From an uncultured archaeon (lineage in GTDB: Archaea; Iainarchaeota; Iainarchaeia; Iainarchaeales; JAAZKV01): DNA of 25,312 bases. The stretch is from contig CAZOCW010000003.1 of NCBI GenBank assembly GCA_964578405.1, forward strand, positions 1 through 25,312. Reading direction: 5' to 3'. A model generated the notes under the pieces. That model was not told the origin of the DNA, did not search any database, and saw nothing but the letters and a program-made list of their open reading frames with translations. Below, in pieces: positions 17,070 to 25,202 of the stretch (its first letter is position 1; every line of letters starts with the position of its first letter). The position numbers were made by a program, and so were the translations under genes.

Positions 17070-18947
17070 ATGATGGCTAAAGGACAAGGAACAATTGAAT
17101 ATTTGGTTATACTTGCCGTAATAGTAATCTTGGGTCTTGTTGTTGTAAGTATTATACTAAATCTAACAAACTTTTCTTCAGTTATTAATTCAACGGATAA
17201 AATTGGGGCAAATATTGGGAATCCCATTGCAATTCTTGATGCAGCAATTGATAGTCAGGGAGAAGCAATATTTGTTTTGAGAAGTAATAAAGGAGAAAAC
17301 TTATCCTTAAGTGCGATAACTGTTGAAGGGGTGGATGCTAATGCCAGCGGGGTAATTCCTCAAATAGATTCATCTACTATAAAATTTGCTGGACTTAGTA
17401 ATGCCTGTTGTAAAGGTCAGTTAGGAAAAAAAAAGTGTCAAATAAAATTTTATTATACCACTCCCTATGGGAGTGATTCAACTGAAGTAACTTCAATAGT
17501 TGATTGTTTAAATGATATTGATGTGGGGTGCGTTTATTCCTATTCTTCTTGGAGCGATTGTAATTACCAAGGATTTCAATCAAGAAGCTTAATTTCATCA
17601 ACTCCTTCTGGATGTGTAAAAAACTTATCTCTTTCTCAACCATGCACTTATACAGATATTACTCCTCCTCAAATAGTATTATTTTCTCCTCAAGATAATA
17701 ATTATTGGTCAAGTTCAACAATAATTAATTTTGATTATAATGTTTCTGATGCGTCTCCAATAACTTCTTGCAGTTTACTTGCTGATGGAGTGAATGTTTC
17801 TACTCAAAATAATCCTTCTACTGGGATAAATACGATCGCTTATCATTTAAATGACAGCAATCATATTTGGGGAATAACTTGCACGGATATGTTTTCAAAT
17901 ACTTCTACAAACTCTCCGCGAAATATTAGTGTTGATGCAAATTCATATGAAATTAATAATTGTGTTCAATTACAAGGAATAGATAATAATTTGACGGGAA
18001 ATTATATTTTAATGAATGATATTAATTGTGCAACAGACACTACTTTGGGCGGGACACTTTATAATGCGGGGGCAGGATTCAATCCAATTGGAGATTATTC
18101 TGGAAATGATTTTTTGGGAATTCTTGATGGAAACAAACATAAAATTTACGGATTAAATATAAACCAGCCCTCTGGGACAGGAATTGGATTGTTTTCTTCA
18201 ATTGGAACAAGTGGAAGTGTAAAGAAAATTGAAATCCTTGATGCAAATGTTAATGGGGATAATGCAACAGGAATACTTGCGGGACAATGCAAAGGGTCAA
18301 TAACCCAAGCTGGAGTTGGGGGGGCAATTACATTAAGTTATGCTGGTGGGGGAATGGTTGGGGAACTTTATGGGACAATAAGTGAAGCATATTCCTCAGC
18401 AAAAATAACTACTGTCGGGTCAAGTGCGAATGGACTTGGGGGAATTGTTGGATCACTTGCAAACAATTCTGGAGCAATAATAACAAATTCTTACTTTGAT
18501 GGAAATATTTACACTTCAAGAATTAGTGCCGCTGGAATAGCTGCAATGGGGTTTGCAGGAACAAGTATTACAAATTCATATTCTTCTGGGCCAATAAGTG
18601 CAGCAAATTATGCGGGAGGACTAGTTTCAGCAGCTTCTGGGGTAAGTGTGACGAACTCTTTTTCTGTTTCTAAAATAACTACTGTTGCTACGGGTGGAGG
18701 GGTACTTGCATATGTGATGACTGCCACACCGACAGGAAACTATTGGGATACAATTTTGACAAGCAGAAATAGCTGTTATAGGCTTATTGTAGGGGGGGAC
18801 TCTAATGTAGGGTGTACGGCAACTAAAAATAATCCAAGTTACTATTATAATAAGAACAATGCTCCAATGAATGGTAATTGGGACTTCACTAATGTGTGGG
18901 ATCAAAATGTGAATGGATATCCGGTGCTAAGATGGAGAAGCAGTTAA
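17070..18947 (+). CDS. Class III signal peptide (type IV pilin-like) protein with a thrombospondin-like motif, an Ig-like domain and a GLUG-type beta-helix
   Basis: MMAKG|QGTIEYLVILAVIVILGLVVV has K-G before the cleavage site, Q at +1 and E at +5. Further motifs are SSWSDC...QSR, DITPPQIVLFSP, and repeated GGxxG/GLxG units (GILAG, GGMVG, GGIVG, GGLVS). Confidence 0.85.
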   Translation: MMAKGQGTIEYLVILAVIVILGLVVVSIILNLTNFSSVINSTDKIGANIGNPIAILDAAIDSQGEAIFVLRSNKGENLSLSAITVEGVDANASGVIPQIDSSTIKFAGLSNACCKGQLGKKKCQIKFYYTTPYGSDSTEVTSIVDCLNDIDVGCVYSYSSWSDCNYQGFQSRSLISSTPSGCVKNLSLSQPCTYTDITPPQIVLFSPQDNNYWSSSTIINFDYNVSDASPITSCSLLADGVNVSTQNNPSTGINTIAYHLNDSNHIWGITCTDMFSNTSTNSPRNISVDANSYEINNCVQLQGIDNNLTGNYILMNDINCATDTTLGGTLYNAGAGFNPIGDYSGNDFLGILDGNKHKIYGLNINQPSGTGIGLFSSIGTSGSVKKIEILDANVNGDNATGILAGQCKGSITQAGVGGAITLSYAGGGMVGELYGTISEAYSSAKITTVGSSANGLGGIVGSLANNSGAIITNSYFDGNIYTSRISAAGIAAMGFAGTSITNSYSSGPISAANYAGGLVSAASGVSVTNSFSVSKITTVATGGGVLAYVMTATPTGNYWDTILTSRNSCYRLIVGGDSNVGCTATKNNPSYYYNKNNAPMNGNWDFTNVWDQNVNGYPVLRWRSS

Positions 18948-18993
18948 TTAAGATTATATACTTTTGAGATTAAATATTTTTGTGTGATTAAAA

Positions 18994-19899
18994 ATGGTTT
19001 TTGAAGAAATAATGGTGAATCAATTCCTTCAATCTTTTTCCTCTCTTCCACTTAACTTATTTTTCAAAGGAATAACTTATTTTGGTCACCCTGGACTATG
19101 GTTTGTTCTTGGGGCAATACTTTTTTGGTTGGGAAAAGAAAAGCAAAGTTTCAAATTAGTTTCACTAGTTTTATTTGCAAGTTTCTTTTCTGGAATTTTA
19201 AAATATTTAATTATGCGACCAAGACCAACTGGAGTAATTGCAATGAGTGAAGAATTTACTCCATCAATGCCTTCCACACATTCAACAATTGCTGGCGCAA
19301 TGGCAGGGTATGCTTATTTTAGTAAAGAGGTTCAAAACAATTATGCGTACATTCTAATTGTGCTTGCATTAATTACTGGATTATCAAGAATTTATTTAGG
19401 AGTACACTTTTTGACGGATGTTTTAGCAGGATTATTACTTGGTGCACTAATTGGGTGGTTTGTATTCAAACTAGACACTAAATTAAACAAAATGCAATTT
19501 CACATTACTGCAATTAAAGATGAATTTTTAGTAATTGCATTTTTTGGGTTAGTAATAATATTTTATTTATTTGTTCCTGCTGAATTTTATGGTGCATTTG
19601 CACTCTTAGGATACTTCACAGGATATGCAATTTATAGACACACGGATGTTAAAGAAATTTTAGTTCTTCCACAAACAAAAACCCAATCAATTATTGCGGT
19701 TTTCTTTGGACTTGCTGGTTTAGGGGCTATTGGGCTAATTGCATACTTTTCAACTGGACTAATTTCCCAAGTAACCTTCTTTATTTCAGGTTTATTTGTA
19801 ACTCTATTTTGGCCAATAGTAATTTCTAAGTTCGTTTTAAAACGAGAACTTCACAAATCCAAAAAATCAAAAAAAAGGGCAAAAAATAAGAAAAATTGA
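18994..19899 (+). CDS. PAP2-family membrane phosphatase (lipid pyrophosphate phosphatase-like)
   Basis: C1 KYLIMRPRP, C2 PSTH, C3 SRIYLGVHFLTDVLAG, and multiple TM helices. Confidence 0.9.
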   Translation: MVFEEIMVNQFLQSFSSLPLNLFFKGITYFGHPGLWFVLGAILFWLGKEKQSFKLVSLVLFASFFSGILKYLIMRPRPTGVIAMSEEFTPSMPSTHSTIAGAMAGYAYFSKEVQNNYAYILIVLALITGLSRIYLGVHFLTDVLAGLLLGALIGWFVFKLDTKLNKMQFHITAIKDEFLVIAFFGLVIIFYLFVPAEFYGAFALLGYFTGYAIYRHTDVKEILVLPQTKTQSIIAVFFGLAGLGAIGLIAYFSTGLISQVTFFISGLFVTLFWPIVISKFVLKRELHKSKKSKKRAKNKKN

Positions 19900-20015
19900 T
19901 CTTAACTATTCTCCCCTAATTAAGTTTACTTTTAGGGATATTTGCTCTGATCGGGCTTACTGAAGGCTTTTTAATAACAATAATCTTTTCTTTGTCAATT
20001 TTAAGGGTGGTTTAA

Positions 20016-21680
20016 TTGAATAGGACATTAATGACAAGCATAGTGCTAATAGGAATAGCACTTCTATTTTTTGGGTGTATAGGGGGATTTAATGCTGCGG
20101 ATATAGCAAAACTTGATTCCTCAGTACAAGCATTTCTTTCTCAACATCCAAACGCAGATATTAAAGCAGTGCAAATAAGTGCAAGTGATTTTAATTCAAT
20201 GAAAGATTTAGTTTCAACTCAATGCGAAATACCAATGGCAGTTAAGGACTATTGGAGAGTAAAAATAACTGATGCAAGCACACAACTAAAGATGACTGTG
20301 TGGATTGATTCAAATACACAAAAAGTTATATGTGTAATTAAAGAAGGACAAGATAATAATGGAAAAGTTGTTCCTCCGGTTGATACAAACGTTGTAATTC
20401 CACCAGTGGATACAAATACTGTTGTTAATCCTCCAGTAGATCAAAACAATACTCTTCCAGTGGACACAAATAATGTTACTCCTCCGGTTGATGTAAACGT
20501 GGTAGTGCAAGCTCCAATTGATAGAGTAAAAGTAGGAAATATCTACTTGAGTGTAGCACAAATAGAACTTGACAGTTACGGAACTGGAATTGATGCAATT
20601 AAACTAAGATTGGACAACGAAACGGATGTTGAACAATCAGTTTCAAAGAAAATCTCAATTAGTGTACTAAATGATAAGAATGAAGTTGTTGATGCTAGTA
20701 CATACCAACCCTCTCTTTCAGTTAGTGATATGAAAGAACTACAATTTGAAAATCTAACAAGTACTTTTTTATATCAAAAACTTTCTCCAGGAACATACAC
20801 TGTGAAAATAGGAATTTATAACGATGGTTCAACAACTACAACTACTTTCTTAACAAAGAAAGTTACTATTGGGCCAGATGCAGACAAAATAATAGTTTAT
20901 CCAAGAAAAGTAGAAACTTTTGCTCCTACTGATTCAATTACTTTGGGACAAGTAAAAGTATACTTAGAAACAATAATGTTGAGTGATGCTGGAACAAAAA
21001 TTGATGAATTCAGACTAAGACTTGAAAACTTGGCAATTACTGATCAATCAGTTTCAAAAGATTTCTCAGCAGAAGTACTTAATGAAAAAAACGAAGTGGT
21101 AGATGTAAGTTCATACGCCCCATCAGTTTCAGTAAGTGATATGAAAGAAGTACAATTCGAATCAATGACTAGTACTTTCTTGTACGAAAAACTTTCTCCA
21201 GGAACATACACAGTTGTTGCTAAATTCTATAACGCAGGATCAGCAAAGTCAAGTGTTTATTTGACTAAAACAATTAGAATCGGTCCTGATGAATTACAAA
21301 ATATAGACAACGCTAAAAAAGTAATGAAATATACGTTAACTGCAGGAGAAATAACAAAAGTTACTCTAGACTCTTACGGGACAGCAGTAGACAAATATTC
21401 ATACAAAGTTAGCGGAACAACATTATCAGGCAAAGTAATTGAAGCAATAATGTTAAACGACAAAAATGAAGTTCTTGATGTAGCAAGTTACGCGCAATCA
21501 ATAAGTGTAAGTAACATAGTAAACGATTTACTATCAGTGAATAATTCCTTTTTGTATAAAAAACTTCCAAATGGGGACTATACATTGTTAGTTCAAATCT
21601 ACAATGATAACTCAAGCGTACCAGGATTTATTATGGCTAAAAAAGTAACCATCTCACCTGACGCACCAAAAGAACAATAA
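20016..21680 (+). CDS. Lipoprotein-like surface protein with a PPVDTN repeat linker and three tandem beta-rich repeats of about 120 aa
   Basis: Signal ending LLFFGC, five P(P)VDxN units (20373-20498), and three repeats sharing LN[DE]KNEV.D...Y..S.SVS and FLY.KL..G.YT. TTG start with SD-like GGGTGG. Confidence 0.8.
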   Translation: MNRTLMTSIVLIGIALLFFGCIGGFNAADIAKLDSSVQAFLSQHPNADIKAVQISASDFNSMKDLVSTQCEIPMAVKDYWRVKITDASTQLKMTVWIDSNTQKVICVIKEGQDNNGKVVPPVDTNVVIPPVDTNTVVNPPVDQNNTLPVDTNNVTPPVDVNVVVQAPIDRVKVGNIYLSVAQIELDSYGTGIDAIKLRLDNETDVEQSVSKKISISVLNDKNEVVDASTYQPSLSVSDMKELQFENLTSTFLYQKLSPGTYTVKIGIYNDGSTTTTTFLTKKVTIGPDADKIIVYPRKVETFAPTDSITLGQVKVYLETIMLSDAGTKIDEFRLRLENLAITDQSVSKDFSAEVLNEKNEVVDVSSYAPSVSVSDMKEVQFESMTSTFLYEKLSPGTYTVVAKFYNAGSAKSSVYLTKTIRIGPDELQNIDNAKKVMKYTLTAGEITKVTLDSYGTAVDKYSYKVSGTTLSGKVIEAIMLNDKNEVLDVASYAQSISVSNIVNDLLSVNNSFLYKKLPNGDYTLLVQIYNDNSSVPGFIMAKKVTISPDAPKEQ

Positions 21681-21689
21681 AACTTCAAA

Positions 21690-21731
21690 AATGCCCCCTG
21701 GCAAAAATGTTGGGGGGTATTCTCTTTTTTT
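21690..21731 (+). terminator. Intrinsic-type terminator
   Basis: ATGCCCCCTGGCA-AAAA-TGTTGGGGGGTAT forms a 13-bp stem with G-U pairs, followed by TCTCTTTTTTT. Confidence 0.7.
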
Positions 21732-21843
21732 AAAAAATAAATCCTAATTATACTAAATTAATTCACAAAACAAACCCACTCAAAAGCTTTAAAAAACACT
21801 CTCGCAATCAATTAATTAAGGACAAGAAAGCAAAGCTCCTTAT

Positions 21844-21962
21844 CCCCCCTTAGTTTAGCAGCTAAAACGCTCGGCTGTAGTATCTATAATCCCATGGGAG
21901 AAACAAAAATTCTTTCTGGTGCGGAAACCGAGATACCCCCGGTGCAAGTCTGGGAGGGGGGA
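21844..21962 (+). tRNA. tRNA-Tyr(GTA) with a 46-nt intron at 37/38 (21881-21926)
   Basis: Acceptor CCCCCCT/AGGGGGG (C1-G72, archaeal/eukaryotic Tyr identity), discriminator A, D stem GTTT/AAAC, anticodon stem CTCGG/CCGAG, T stem CCCGG/CTGGG. A relaxed bulge-helix-bulge forms at the intron ends. Confidence 0.9.
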
Positions 21963-22024
21963 TTTTTTTCTTAAAAATCTCGTCGACCTCTATATTTTTA
22001 TAGTAAAAAGAAGTTGGTTATAAT

Positions 22025-22618
22025 ATGAAGAAAGTTATTTTTGTTTTAGTTGTTTTAGTAAGTGTTCTATTTTTGTTTGGGTGTACCACAAGTTCTTCAG
22101 ATCAGGGAGCAACTTCCTCGGCTGATAATGTTTCTGCTACCTCTCAATGGAGCAAAGAAGTTGCTGCATTAGGAAATCCATCTTATGAAAAAATAAATGT
22201 GGCGGCAGGATATGAAATACTTCCTTTTCCAGGTTTGACTTATAGTGGGTTGAGGGATGGGTACCAAGCTTTTTATGCAACAAATAAAGATTATTCTTTT
22301 GCAATTTATGCTTCTCCTGCAGTAGTAAATGCAACTGGAAAAGATTATGCACAAGTAAAAGCGGGAATTATGCAAAAGTATGGGGTCTATTCAAATTTAA
22401 CTTGCACAGACCTCCAAAGCGCTAATTGGCTTACGCAGGCAAAAGTATTTGAGTGCAGTTATTTTGCTTCACAAATAAATGTCCAGTATAAATCAACTAT
22501 TTTTTATAAATCTAATGAATATGTGGAGACAATTTTATCAGTTTGGGGAACTTCTCCTCTTAGTTCATATGAATATATTTTTGATGAATTTAATCAAAAA
22601 GCAGTTAGCTGGAAATAA
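22025..22618 (+). CDS. Lipoprotein-like hypothetical protein
   Basis: MKK plus a hydrophobic stretch ending LFLFGC, then a Ser/Thr linker. No family recognised. Confidence 0.75.
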   Translation: MKKVIFVLVVLVSVLFLFGCTTSSSDQGATSSADNVSATSQWSKEVAALGNPSYEKINVAAGYEILPFPGLTYSGLRDGYQAFYATNKDYSFAIYASPAVVNATGKDYAQVKAGIMQKYGVYSNLTCTDLQSANWLTQAKVFECSYFASQINVQYKSTIFYKSNEYVETILSVWGTSPLSSYEYIFDEFNQKAVSWK

Positions 22619-22695
22619 TTAAAATGGAATCGAGAATAATCAATTTATCTTTGGTTCAAATCGTCCCAAGTCCAGTCTGGGAACGGGATTACCTT

Positions 22696-22737
22696 TTTTT
22701 AGGCTAATTCTTTTTGTTAGTTTTATCAGCCTAAAAA
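22696..22737. terminator. Inverted repeat, possible terminator
   Basis: TTTTTAGGCT (22696-22705)/AGCCTAAAAA (22728-22737). Confidence 0.35.
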
Positions 22738-22851
22738 CAGATTAATTTTTAATTCCCTAATTTTTTCGTAGCACTTTTACTACAAGTAGTTGCTTTGCAA
22801 TACATATAAATAGTACTAAATACAAAACTATTGTTAGAGAAGGAATTTCTA

Positions 22852-23181
22852 ATGAGAAGTGCAGCTGGTTTAAGAGCGATGGCTATGCGCCCTAATAAAA
22901 ATGCTGCTCGCTTAGCAGCATCTGAAAAATATGTTGCAGAGTTAAGAAGAAGCAAACTTGACGCTTTATCAGAACATAATTTGGCACAACGTAATGCGGC
23001 GCAAGCGCGAAAAGGCGTAAAAAGAAACGCACAATCCGCTAAATGGACTAATCCTGTATTTTTAGTTACTGCTCAACTTAAACATCCAAAATTAATGGCT
23101 AATGCAAAAAGGTTATTGGAAAAAAGAAAACTGAATAATGCGGCTAATCGTCAACTTGAAGCACGTTTATCTAAGCCATAA
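22852..23181 (+). CDS. Small, highly basic Ala/Arg/Lys-rich hypothetical protein
   Basis: ATG 22852 follows purine-rich GAAGGAA (the track starts at TTG 22831). The frame is open and helical in composition. Confidence 0.6.
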   Translation: MRSAAGLRAMAMRPNKNAARLAASEKYVAELRRSKLDALSEHNLAQRNAAQARKGVKRNAQSAKWTNPVFLVTAQLKHPKLMANAKRLLEKRKLNNAANRQLEARLSKP

Positions 23182-23304
23182 TACTATTTGAGTAAAACAA
23201 TTTTTCTAAGTAAATATGATCTTACTATTGCTAGTTGTGCAACTTACTAAGAGGATTTCTTATTCTAAATACAATTAAATATAATCAAAGTTACTAAGTT
23301 TATC

Positions 23305-23964
23305 ATGAGTACTGGAGTAGATTCTGAGTTTTCTAAAATGATGGAAACAAAAGATGAGTATAGTGCGGTAAATAGAATTTTTGTACAACTTCCTCCTAAG
23401 TTGACTAAAGAGGAAAAAAAAAGAAGTGCTTTACTTACTTACAAATTACATAATGCTTTAAGAAAAAGAACTAGGCCAATTGGGGAGTTTAAATACAAAG
23501 TTGCGGTTGGAAGTATTCATTATGAGTGTCCAATCAATGTTGTTATTTTGGACAAAAGTGAAAATATTATTGCTTCACTTGGATTTTATTTATTAAGTAG
23601 AAAAGGAAAAACTACTTTAGTCATAAATGGAATACAGGGTAAAAGAAATATGCAAGAACAATTAAATGCTCTCTCAAAACAAGTTGGAGAAAATTGGAGA
23701 GTTTGGGCGGTAAAAAGAATAAAACGAGTTGCAAAAACTAGTGGAATTACTACTTCTGGTTCTTTACCTGGATTACATGCGTTACTTCAACCTTCTTCCC
23801 CAGAAGAATATAAAAGACAATTAAGACAATACTCTCAAACATTTAGAAAAGCAGAAATTTTAGAGGTTTTAAAACACAAAGTAGAACCATATCCTAAGCA
23901 ATGGAAAGATGCATTTCAAAGTTGGAAAGAATCAATCAAAAAAGCAAAACAAGTAAGAAAATGA
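23305..23964 (+). CDS. Hypothetical protein with a VirK/YbjX (DUF535)-like core
   Basis: IIASLGFYL...TLVINGIQG resembles the L.F....L.IG.LQG core of DUF535 as I recall it. The ORF is solid; the family call is tentative. Confidence 0.45.
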   Translation: MSTGVDSEFSKMMETKDEYSAVNRIFVQLPPKLTKEEKKRSALLTYKLHNALRKRTRPIGEFKYKVAVGSIHYECPINVVILDKSENIIASLGFYLLSRKGKTTLVINGIQGKRNMQEQLNALSKQVGENWRVWAVKRIKRVAKTSGITTSGSLPGLHALLQPSSPEEYKRQLRQYSQTFRKAEILEVLKHKVEPYPKQWKDAFQSWKESIKKAKQVRK

Positions 23965-24074
23965 TTTTAATTAACTGAAAAACTAGTTCTTTAATCACAA
24001 ACTTAGCTTGGGTTAAAGTCTGGCGGGGATTTAGTTTTTATACTAGTTGTTTCTTTTTTGATTAGGTGTTAATA

Positions 24075-25202
24075 GTGGAAAAAAATAAGATCTCTACATA
24101 TCTTAGACTTGTAGTATTGTTTCTTTTGCTTGCGTGGGTTACTTATGGAAGTTATTTGCATCAAATTCTTGGTGGGGCAAAAGCTGCGTCAATTCATGCG
24201 TTGTGTCCTTTTGGAGCGCTTGAAAGTTTATACGCTTTAATATTTTTAGGAACTTTTATTCAAAAAGTATATGTTGGAACATTTGTTTTGCTAGCAATTA
24301 CTGTAATACTAGCAATTGTTTTTAGAAGAAGCTTTTGTGGTTTACTTTGTCCTTTTGGAGCATTACAAGAACTGTTTGCAAAAATTGGACAAAAAATATT
24401 GGGAAAAAGAATGGAAGTGCCAAAAGCAATTGATGTTCCATTAAGGTATCTTAAATATTTAATTTTGCCATTAACACTTTTATTAGCTTGGTATTTTTCA
24501 ACACTTTGGATAAGTCCAGTTGATCCATATTCAGCATATGCGCACTTAACAAATGTTGGCGGGGCTATTGCTGAAGAGCCATTAGCTATAGTTGGATTCA
24601 TATTACTGGGGTTAACAATAATTGGTTCATTTGTTTATGATAGGTTTTTTTGTAAATACCTTTGTCCAGCAGGAGCATTTTATGCAATTATTGGAAAAAT
24701 AAGTCCCACATTTGTTGAAAGAAACAATCATTTGTGTATACATTGTAAAGCTTGTACAAAAGTTTGTCCAATGAATATTGATGTTGAAAAAGGTTTCAAA
24801 ATAAAAAATTCTGAATGTATAAACTGTAATGAATGTGTAAATGTTTGTCCAAAAAAAGGAGCACTTGAAGTAAAAGTAGCTGGAAAAACAATGAGTACTT
24901 TAGTTATTTTGCTTTTAGTGGTAGGTTTATTTTTTGGAACAATATTTTTGGCGCAATATACTGGAAATTTTCAATTAAAACCATCCGAACTTAAGGTTGG
25001 AGAAGTATTATCCATATCTGATCTAAAAGGATCCTTGACAATTGAAGAAGCTGCAGTGCAAACTGGTTTGGGTTTAGATGCAATTTATACTAAACTAGGG
25101 ATTCCAACAACTGTCCCTAAAGAAACAATGTTAAAAGATGTTTATACTTTAGTGCCCGGTTATAATTTCCATGATTCTAAAATAAAAGCAAGTTCCAACT
25201 AA
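24075..25202 (+). CDS. Membrane-bound 4Fe-4S binding protein (NapH/MauN-like polyferredoxin)
   Basis: TM helices, CPFG, FCGLLCPFG and FCKYLCPAG, plus two ferredoxin motifs CIHCKACTKVCP and CINCNECVNVCP. The likely start is GTG 24075 after SD AGGTG (the track starts at 24066). Confidence 0.9.
   Translation: MEKNKISTYLRLVVLFLLLAWVTYGSYLHQILGGAKAASIHALCPFGALESLYALIFLGTFIQKVYVGTFVLLAITVILAIVFRRSFCGLLCPFGALQELFAKIGQKILGKRMEVPKAIDVPLRYLKYLILPLTLLLAWYFSTLWISPVDPYSAYAHLTNVGGAIAEEPLAIVGFILLGLTIIGSFVYDRFFCKYLCPAGAFYAIIGKISPTFVERNNHLCIHCKACTKVCPMNIDVEKGFKIKNSECINCNECVNVCPKKGALEVKVAGKTMSTLVILLLVVGLFFGTIFLAQYTGNFQLKPSELKVGEVLSISDLKGSLTIEEAAVQTGLGLDAIYTKLGIPTTVPKETMLKDVYTLVPGYNFHDSKIKASSN

Noticed and set aside
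22653-22693. GGTTCAAATC-containing stretch as a third tRNA or split-tRNA half
   Set aside because: No T stem closes the loop and no acceptor or anticodon arm can be built. It is retained only as a possible scar.
15650-24601. Short ORFs overlapping taw1, the DUF2666-like gene, the pilin, PAP2, the lipoproteins, the basic ORFan and the polyferredoxin
   Set aside because: They are antisense or frame shadows without independent evidence.
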